Below are positions 57,172-64,000 of a stretch of DNA of 64,000 nucleotides, piece after piece; position 1 is the stretch's first letter, and each line of letters begins with the position of its first letter. The notes beneath the pieces are model-generated. The model did no database searches. It had not been told where the DNA came from and worked only from the letters and a program-made list of their open reading frames with translations. Origin of the DNA: Gammaproteobacteria bacterium (GTDB taxonomy: Bacteria > Pseudomonadota > Gammaproteobacteria > Eutrophobiales > Eutrophobiaceae); contig CBDEUK010000002.1 in NCBI GenBank assembly GCA_965243205.1, positions 1,312,001-1,376,000 of the forward strand. Direction: 5' to 3'. Position numbers and translations under genes: made by a program.

Positions 57172-57789
57172 TTAACGAGCTGTTTTATTCAAGGCGACTG
57201 CTTGTGTACGATTATTAACCCCTAATGCTTGTAATATTGCACGCACATGTAATTTAACAGTGCCCTCTGTAAGCTCTAACTTTCTTGCAATCATTTTATT
57301 TGTGTCGCCTTCACAAATAAGCTGAAATACTTCTTGTTGACGGTTTGTAAGACACTCAGTAAGTTGTGAATGAGAAGGTATTTTATTAAGTATAAATTTT
57401 TTTTCGTTATTAGAATTTTCATTATTTGACAGCGTTGTAATTACCGCTCTTTCTAAGCCTGTATTATCTAGTGATTTAGTAAGGAAACTAGTTGCTCCTT
57501 TATTAATAGCAAGCCGACAATCCTCAGCTGATTCAGATCCTGTAATAATTATTATCGGAACTGTTGGATACGTTTGACGCAATTTTTCTATATGATCATA
57601 TGAGTTTCCTCCAGGCATATTTAAATCTAAAAATAAACAATCTGGAAAAATATATTTTGTATTCAACAAACTAAATAACTCTACAAAACTATCTGCTTCA
57701 ATTACATCAACAGATTGATAAAGCCTTTGCATGAGATTTTTTAATGCTTCTCTAAATAAAGGGTGATCATCTGCAATAAAAATATTCAT
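57172..57789 (-). CDS. NarL/LuxR-family response regulator resembling ErbR(AgmR)/ErdR/FlhR-type regulators
   Basis: IADDHPLFREA, FLDLNMPG, GA..FLTKS, LuxR HTH LT.RQ.EV...G.TNK.IA..L.LTEGTVK.HV.AIL..LGV.NRTQA. ATG of MNIFIADD chosen; the track ORF starts at 57813. Confidence 0.88.
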   Translation of the reverse strand: MNIFIADDHPLFREALKNLMQRLYQSVDVIEADSFVELFSLLNTKYIFPDCLFLDLNMPGGNSYDHIEKLRQTYPTVPIIIITGSESAEDCRLAINKGATSFLTKSLDNTGLERAVITTLSNNENSNNEKKFILNKIPSHSQLTECLTNRQQEVFQLICEGDTNKMIARKLELTEGTVKLHVRAILQALGVNNRTQAVALNKTAR

Positions 57790-57894
57790 ATTAAACTGCC
57801 CTAATGGTTTCATGCCTAAATATAGTTATCCCCAAAAAAGCAAAATGCCGTGAGTACTATTTTATTAATATTCACGACATTATATGAATTTATT

Positions 57895-58407
57895 TTATTT
57901 TGAAAAATGTTTTTCTAAACTTTGCAGCCCTGCATCATAAATTCCTGAAACTATCTCCATAGCTTTTTTATCATCAACTCCATCTGAATTAAAATTAGAT
58001 GTCCATGAAACAATTGTTTTACCATTACCGTTTTGATTCACATCTATGGTTGCAACATAATCACTAACAGGCAAAGGTGACTCAGTAATTGTATATGTAT
58101 AAGTCATATTTTCATTACTGTGAGCGACTAATTCTTCAGTAATTTTAGCTCCATCACCTAGTGTTAAAATACGAATAACGCCAGGTTTATTTTCATTCTT
58201 ATTGACTTTGCTACCTACTACAACGGGATGCCATACATCCAAATGATTGTAGTCGCCAATCATTTTCCAAACGGTTTCGGATGAGGCATTTATTTCATAC
58301 TGCTTTTCCACTTTGAGGTTACCCATAGCAGTCACTTTAAAACTACAAACAAAACAAGTCATCACTATAAAAATAATATTTAGATTATTAAAAGTTTTTT
58401 TTTGCAT
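57895..58407 (-). CDS. Exported SRPBCC/START-fold protein, MxaD-like
   Basis: Signal-peptide-like N-terminus (MQKK...VTA), I.AS.E.VW..IGD...L..WHP.V, G..R.LTL.DG..I.EEL, Y.Y.I.ESPLPV..Y.ATI, G.Y.AGL..L; GGAG SD before the ATG at 58407. Confidence 0.8.
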   Translation of the reverse strand: MQKKTFNNLNIIFIVMTCFVCSFKVTAMGNLKVEKQYEINASSETVWKMIGDYNHLDVWHPVVVGSKVNKNENKPGVIRILTLGDGAKITEELVAHSNENMTYTYTITESPLPVSDYVATIDVNQNGNGKTIVSWTSNFNSDGVDDKKAMEIVSGIYDAGLQSLEKHFSK

Positions 58408-58541
58408 TGATTTTCTCCAGTTTTTTACTTCTCTAAGTATCAACTATTAAAAAATAATTCCCATATCTCTCTCGATATATATCTAAAGACATATAAAATA
58501 TAAAAGCGTTTACCTAAGAAATAGCTCATACTATAGAAACA

Positions 58542-60260
58542 ATGTTTATGAACATGCAAAAAAATATTTTTTTAATATCACTTGTAATTTTATCTGGTGT
58601 GTTAATTAGCATAATCAGTAGCTATTTTTTATTACGCTATTCCAGAGAGCAAAATACCATTGAAATAGAACGACATTTTGAGATTCGTGCAGAACAATTA
58701 CAACTCAATATTAATAACACATTACAAACACTAGCATCACTTTCAGGCTTATTTTATTCCAGTAATCATGTTACTAAATCTGAATTTGATAAGTTTGTAT
58801 CTATTTCCACACAAAAACAAAATAGTATTATTTCACTAGCTTGGGTTCAATTAGTAAAAGATAAAGAACGTTCAGTATTTGAAAAGAAGATTTCTGGGCG
58901 CGGAACGCGTGGCAAATATATTTACGACATTAATAGTCATGGATTGGAATCCATTGCATTTAGACAAGCTCAATATTATCCAATCCAATATCTTTATTCA
59001 GAAATCAATAGTGAATTATTTCCAGGGCTTAATTTGGGCACTCAGTATAAAACAAAAAAACGATTCCAAAATGCAGCTAGATCTAAACAAACATTAATAA
59101 CTGAAAAAATATATTTGCGTAAAGGAACATTACTATTACCAATAGTACGAGCTTTTAAGCCCGTTTATAACGACGAAACAAAAAGTTTAGGCTCTTTAAA
59201 GGGTTTTGTATTTGGGCAAATTGATATTAAAGAACTTATGGAGTCTGTATTCGGTAACGAGGATAAACTTTCTATATTATTATTTGATATTGATTCAGAC
59301 TTGGATAAACAAAAACTCTATGCAAACCAAACAGCAAATTTATATCACTCTTCAATTAATAACATTAATGACATAGGTGAAGTCAGTTCAACTTATTGGT
59401 CTCGTTATTACGACATAGGTAATAGACGTTGGCTGGTTACCTTTATAGAAAATAATAATAACACGACATTTTGGTTACCTTTTTTAGGTTTGTTTTTTGG
59501 TTTATTTTTCACTTTTTTCCTTACCATCTATATGATAATTGCTTGGAGCAAAACCCAACAAGTCGATGAATTAAAAAAAGAGAACAAAGCAAAAACACGT
59601 TTTTTACAGGCAATTGGTCACGACCTTAGACAGCCCTTAAATGTAATTGGCTTACACATCACGAATTATGAACAAAAGAATATTGATTTAAGCTCAGAAA
59701 ATAAAACACTCTTAAATAACATACGCCAGTCAATTTCTGGCCTGCATAGCATGTTTACATCTTTGTTGGATATTTCTAGGCTTGAAGAAGGCTTGATAGC
59801 TCCCGAATTTAATCGGGTTAGATTACTACCATTATTTACAGATTTAAGTGATGAATTTGATTTATTAGCGAATCAAAAACATATTGAGATAAGAATGAAA
59901 TGCCAAGATATAGGCATTCACACTGATGAAATATTATTAGAGCGTATGTTAAGAAATCTATTAAATAACGCCATCAAATATACTGATAAGGGGAAAATAT
60001 TTTTTGGCGCCAGGCAAACTAATGAAATAGTAAAAATATATATTATGGATACTGGTAGAGGTATTGCAGATTCTGAAATAGAAACTGTATTGGAAACCTA
60101 TCAAAGAGGAAGTGAAACTGGAGATATTGATGGTCTCGGTTTAGGGCTTGCAATCGTTAAACAAACTGTCGAATTACTTAACATGGAACTTGAAATACAT
60201 TCAAAACAAAATAGAGGAACAACTGTTATAATTAAAATAAAAGAAAATAATAATTTATAA
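58542..60260 (+). CDS. CHASE-domain membrane sensor histidine kinase (no receiver domain)
   Basis: TM1; CHASE-type motifs (VT..EF..FV, LAWV, ER..FE, YYPI.Y, GLNL, PVY, GFV, GNRRW); TM2; H-box KTRFL..IGHDLRQPL; N-box LRNLLNNAIKYT; DTG.GI; GLGLGLAIV. Exact start uncertain. Confidence 0.85.
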   Translation: MFMNMQKNIFLISLVILSGVLISIISSYFLLRYSREQNTIEIERHFEIRAEQLQLNINNTLQTLASLSGLFYSSNHVTKSEFDKFVSISTQKQNSIISLAWVQLVKDKERSVFEKKISGRGTRGKYIYDINSHGLESIAFRQAQYYPIQYLYSEINSELFPGLNLGTQYKTKKRFQNAARSKQTLITEKIYLRKGTLLLPIVRAFKPVYNDETKSLGSLKGFVFGQIDIKELMESVFGNEDKLSILLFDIDSDLDKQKLYANQTANLYHSSINNINDIGEVSSTYWSRYYDIGNRRWLVTFIENNNNTTFWLPFLGLFFGLFFTFFLTIYMIIAWSKTQQVDELKKENKAKTRFLQAIGHDLRQPLNVIGLHITNYEQKNIDLSSENKTLLNNIRQSISGLHSMFTSLLDISRLEEGLIAPEFNRVRLLPLFTDLSDEFDLLANQKHIEIRMKCQDIGIHTDEILLERMLRNLLNNAIKYTDKGKIFFGARQTNEIVKIYIMDTGRGIADSEIETVLETYQRGSETGDIDGLGLGLAIVKQTVELLNMELEIHSKQNRGTTVIIKIKENNNL

Positions 60261-60267
60261 AACGTAT

Positions 60268-61272
60268 TTACATCTCTGCCTTAGGTTCTCTCTGTAATAA
60301 ATTCCTTACAGCTTGTTCAGGTTTACATTCTCCGTTAATGACTTGAAGAACTTGTTCACTGATAGGCATTTCTACATTGTATTGTTTGGCTAATAAACCA
60401 ATTTCTTGTGCCGTGTTAATACCTTCAACCGCTTCACCAATGTCATTTTGAGCTTGCTTTATGGTTTGGCCTTTAGCTAATGCCAAGCCAAATCTCCTAT
60501 TACGAGATAAATCATCCGTACAGGTTAAAACCAGATCGCCTAAACCAGCCAAACCTAAAAAAGTTTCAGCTTGAGCACCCATAGCAGTTGCAAGCCTTAA
60601 GATTTCTGCAAGACCTCGAGTAATTAACGCTGCACGTGTATTTGCTCCAAATCCTAAACCATCAGCTATGCCTGCGGCAATTGCCATCACATTTTTTACC
60701 GCACCGCCAATTTCTACACCTACCACATCGCTATTAGTATATGTACGAAAATTATCGTTGCGAAAATAACAAGCAAAATCTTCTGCGGCGACTTTATTTT
60801 CAGAAGCAATGGAAACAGCGGTGGGTAAACCTTTTGCGACTTCTTTAGCAAATGAAGGTCCTGATAAAATTAATGTTGTTGCATCATCACCAAAGACTTC
60901 ATTGACAACTTCATGTCCAAGTTTATGCGTTTCAGGTTCTAAGCCTTTTGAAGTTAAACAAATACGTAAATGTCTTTGATAGTTTTTATATAAGTTTTGT
61001 AAAACTGTTCGTGAAGCCGAACAAGGTACAGCCATAATAATATCATCAACTTCAAAAGCTATGTCAGTAAAGGTATTGACAGGGTGTAAATTCTCAGGGA
61101 ATTCTATGCCGGGTAAAAAACGTTCATTACTGTTTTTTTCTTGTAGTTCTAAGATATGTTTTGAATCTCTTCCCCACAAAAAAGTAGTATGTTGATTACT
61201 AGCCAATACTAGCGCTAAAGCAGTGCCCCAAGAACCAGCACCGATGACTAAAATGTTTTTTGCGTCAGTCAT
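60268..61272 (-). CDS. gpsA: NAD(P)H-dependent glycerol-3-phosphate dehydrogenase
   Basis: GAGSWGTALA, SKGLE, LSGPSFA.EV, GGAVKNV.AIAAG, GLGDLVLTCT...SRNRRFG. Confidence 0.98.
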   Translation of the reverse strand: MTDAKNILVIGAGSWGTALALVLASNQHTTFLWGRDSKHILELQEKNSNERFLPGIEFPENLHPVNTFTDIAFEVDDIIMAVPCSASRTVLQNLYKNYQRHLRICLTSKGLEPETHKLGHEVVNEVFGDDATTLILSGPSFAKEVAKGLPTAVSIASENKVAAEDFACYFRNDNFRTYTNSDVVGVEIGGAVKNVMAIAAGIADGLGFGANTRAALITRGLAEILRLATAMGAQAETFLGLAGLGDLVLTCTDDLSRNRRFGLALAKGQTIKQAQNDIGEAVEGINTAQEIGLLAKQYNVEMPISEQVLQVINGECKPEQAVRNLLQREPKAEM

Positions 61273-61304
61273 TCAAATAAGAATAACAATGTTTTATGAC
61301 AAAA

Positions 61305-61793
61305 TTAATGTTTAGTATCGCTAGCAGCTTGCTGCTGTTGCATTTTTTGTTGCATCCATAAAACATCAAAATTAACAGGCGACAATAATAATTGAGGAAA
61401 TCCACCTCGTGCTACTAAATCAGCTACCACTTCGCGCGCAAACGGAAATAATATATTCGGGCAAGCAGTTGCTAAAATTTGTTCTAATGCCTCGTCGGGA
61501 AAACCATCGATTAGAAAAATTCCTGCTTGTTTTACCTCGACTAAATACACAGTAGAATCATTCATCTTGACCGTAATAGTCACGCCTAAAGTAACATCAT
61601 AAATATTACTATCGATTTTATTCGTTTCGTTTGCCAGTTCCATATTAACGTTTGGTTCCCATTTGTCCTTAAAAATATTTGGCGCATTGGGCGATTCGAA
61701 AGAAATATCTTTCACATAGACTTTTTGAATTGCTAACTGCCCTGTTACTTCATTTGTAGCACCTGCCTGTGCAGTTGTATTTTCTTCAGCCAT
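61305..61793 (-). CDS. secB: Protein-export chaperone SecB
   Basis: IQKVYVKDISFESP, EVKQAGIF, CPNILFPFARE, GGFPQL.L.PVNF. Confidence 0.98.
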   Translation of the reverse strand: MAEENTTAQAGATNEVTGQLAIQKVYVKDISFESPNAPNIFKDKWEPNVNMELANETNKIDSNIYDVTLGVTITVKMNDSTVYLVEVKQAGIFLIDGFPDEALEQILATACPNILFPFAREVVADLVARGGFPQLLLSPVNFDVLWMQQKMQQQQAASDTKH

Positions 61794-61811
61794 TTTTACT
61801 GCTTCACTCTA

Positions 61812-62234
61812 TTATTTTGAAATGGGTAGGTTAGCATTTTGCCACGCTAATAAACCGCCTTTTAAGAAACTCACATTCTCAAAGCCCGATTGCTTTAATG
61901 CACGGGTAATGCGTGATGATTCATTGCCACTTTGACAATATAAAATAACTGGTGATTTTTTATGTTTTTCGAGCTTCTTTGCAGATGTTTCAAATTCATC
62001 ATGCGGAATATTCATTGCGTTTATAATATGACCATCATTAAATTCGTTCGATTTACGAATATCGAGGACTACAGCATCTTCACGATTAATCAAATTCGTC
62101 ATTTCACTTGGGGAAATCGCTTTATTGCCACTAACCGCATCGCCAAATGAACTCCAAAGGAATAACACCACCAATGCTGCAAACAAAGAACATAAAAATA
62201 AGTGGTTTGAGATAAATTCAGGTAAATTTTCCAT
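61812..62234 (-). CDS. Membrane-anchored rhodanese-like protein (YibN family)
   Basis: EF..NH, N-terminal TM, LINRE.AVV.DIR...EF..GHI..A.NIP, YC..G..S, LKGG..AW..ANLP. Confidence 0.9.
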   Translation of the reverse strand: MENLPEFISNHLFLCSLFAALVVLFLWSSFGDAVSGNKAISPSEMTNLINREDAVVLDIRKSNEFNDGHIINAMNIPHDEFETSAKKLEKHKKSPVILYCQSGNESSRITRALKQSGFENVSFLKGGLLAWQNANLPISK

Positions 62235-62480
62235 CTTTGATAATTTTATTTATATTGATAGATTGATATTTAAGTTAGGCCAGCGATCATACGTTATAAA
62301 TATAAGTTGGCAATGAGATTCTAGTTATTGGCCTAATACATTCTTAGAATTTCATGTTAAAATATGCACTTATTAATTAAAATTTCATTAAATCGTCATC
62401 TGTTCACAATCAATGCCTAATAGAAACGTATTCCTTGATTGAACTAAAATTTTTGTTAAAGACCACTGATTTGTTGTTCC

Positions 62481-64000
62481 ATGCAGCTTGAAAGAAAGCC
62501 TTTTGCACTGCTCATCTTAGATGGCTGGGGCCATACTGATAACACCAGCTACAATGCTATCCACAATGCGAATAAACCCAATTGGGATCGCTATTGGGAC
62601 GAATATCCCCACACTTTAATTAGTGCTTCAGGATTAGAGGTGGGTTTACCAGCAGGGCAAATGGGAAACTCTGAAGTTGGCCATATGAATATAGGCTCAG
62701 GGCGCGTTGTTGACCAAGAGTTCACACGAATTAACCGCGCCTTGGAAAATGGAACATTTTTCGAAAACGACCATTTAAACAATGCCTTCAAAACCGCTGC
62801 TCAAAATAATAAAGCAGTGCATATTCTAGGGCTTTTATCAGATGGCGGTGTACACAGCCACGAAGACCACATTTTTGCCTTAATGGAATTGGCTAAACAA
62901 TGTGGCGTCAAAAAGATCTATCTACACGCCTTTCTCGATGGCCGCGATACACCACCGAAAAGCGCTACTGAATCGATTTTCCGTGCGCAAACAAAAATGC
63001 GAGAACTGAAAATTGGTCAATTTGCTTCTATCATCGGCCGCCACTATGCAATGGATCGCAATCAACATTGGGATCGAACCCAATTAGCCTACGATCTCAT
63101 CACCCAAGGTAAAGCCGAATACGAAGCACCGGATGCGTTTGTTGGATTAGAGCTGGCATATAAACGTGATGAAACGGATGAATTCGTCAAACCAACAGCC
63201 CTCGTTTCAGAACGTTCCGCAAGAGTCGTCGCTGAAGATGGTGATGTGATGGTATTTGCTAATTATCGTGCTGACCGTGCTAGACAATTAGCCAGAGCTT
63301 TAACTAAAGAAGCTTTTAAAAGCTTTGAGCGGGAACATGTACCAAAATTAGAGCGCTTTATTAGCTTAACCGAGTACAAATCCAATTATGAATTTCCTGT
63401 CGCCTTTCCAGCCGAAAAACTTGATAAGGTATTTGGTCAATACATCTCAGAACAGGGCTTAAGGCAGCTGAGGATTTCAGAAACTGAAAAATACGCCCAC
63501 GTCACGTTTTTCTTTAATGGTGGTGAAGAACATGTATTTGAAGGTGAAGACCGCATCTTAGTACCTTCTCCACATGTAAAACGTTATAGTGAAAAACCTG
63601 AAATGAGCGCCTATGAAGTAACCGATAAATTAGTTGAGGCTGTGGAAGCTGAAAAGTACGACGTGATTATCTGTAACTTTGCTAACACCGATATGGTCGG
63701 CCATTCGGGTGATTATGATGCTGCGATTAAAGCCGTAGAAAGTGTTGATGAATGTTTAGGAAGAGTTGTTTCAGCCATACAAGCCAAAGGTGGAGAAGTA
63801 ATTATTACTGCTGACCACGGTAATGCTGAACAAATGCGCGTCTTTACTCGTGAAAAAGTAAAATCTGAACCGCATACCGCGCATACAACCAATCTAGTAC
63901 CTTTTCTATATATTGGCCGTCCAGTCGAAATCATGCCTGGAACCGGCTCACTCTCTGATATCAGTCCAACTTTGCTACACTTTATGGGTCTAGAACCACC
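62481..64000 (+). CDS. gpmI: 2,3-bisphosphoglycerate-independent phosphoglycerate mutase (runs off the window end; absent from the ORF track)
   Basis: Hand translation MQLERKPFALLILDGWG...GLPAGQMGNSEVGHMNIGSGR...DGGVHSH...DGRDTPP...ETEKYAHVTFF...DMVGH...ADHGNAE...LSDISPTLL; frame consistent to 64000. Confidence 0.97.
   Translation, partial: MQLERKPFALLILDGWGHTDNTSYNAIHNANKPNWDRYWDEYPHTLISASGLEVGLPAGQMGNSEVGHMNIGSGRVVDQEFTRINRALENGTFFENDHLNNAFKTAAQNNKAVHILGLLSDGGVHSHEDHIFALMELAKQCGVKKIYLHAFLDGRDTPPKSATESIFRAQTKMRELKIGQFASIIGRHYAMDRNQHWDRTQLAYDLITQGKAEYEAPDAFVGLELAYKRDETDEFVKPTALVSERSARVVAEDGDVMVFANYRADRARQLARALTKEAFKSFEREHVPKLERFISLTEYKSNYEFPVAFPAEKLDKVFGQYISEQGLRQLRISETEKYAHVTFFFNGGEEHVFEGEDRILVPSPHVKRYSEKPEMSAYEVTDKLVEAVEAEKYDVIICNFANTDMVGHSGDYDAAIKAVESVDECLGRVVSAIQAKGGEVIITADHGNAEQMRVFTREKVKSEPHTAHTTNLVPFLYIGRPVEIMPGTGSLSDISPTLLHFMGLEP

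Noticed and set aside
57814-58541. CTA-N4/5-TAG and TATATC-TAAA-GACATA quasi-palindromes as binding sites for the islet regulator
   Set aside because: Too short and AT-rich, with inconsistent spacing; cannot be separated from background without orthologous sequences.
62274-62337. TTAGGCCA...TGGCCTAA inverted repeat in the rhodanese-gpmI divergent spacer
   Set aside because: Only 8 bp with a gap of about 46 nt and no further pairing; insufficient to call a structure or operator.

Overview
An AT-rich (about 38% GC by eye) core-genome window from a non-enteric gammaproteobacterium, probably with C1 (H4MPT-linked) metabolism. Left to right: mreB (the start of mreC may lie at the window edge), divergent gatCAB, and a three-gene insert (MtdB-like methylene-H4MPT dehydrogenase, spermidine-synthase-like methyltransferase, M23 peptidase). 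Next is the whole translation/transcription supercluster on the minus strand: tRNA-Tyr/Gly/Thr, tuf, tRNA-Trp, secE, nusG, rplKAJL, rpoBC, rpsL, rpsG, fusA, tuf, and the S10, spc and alpha genes through rplQ. Then come LysM(TsaP-like)-dprA-smg-topA-tsaC (minus) and def-fmt-rsmB-DUF4390-ntrYX-like-trkAH-methyltransferase-pyrD-trmL (plus). A low-GC three-gene sensing islet follows (NarL/ErbR-type regulator, exported MxaD-like START-fold protein, CHASE-domain histidine kinase), then rhodanese-secB-gpsA (minus) and gpmI running off the end. I saw no CRISPR, rRNA, integrase or transposase. Best leads: (1) a near-consensus sigma28 (FliA) promoter in front of the orphan mtdB-like gene; (2) the CHASE kinase / START protein / ErbR-like regulator islet between trmL and gpsA; (3) a str-S10-spc-alpha run with no room for the classical internal leaders but a long attenuator-like rpsL leader; (4) a hairpin motif shared by the rplK and rplJ leaders. 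All family assignments come from motif recognition, not database searches.
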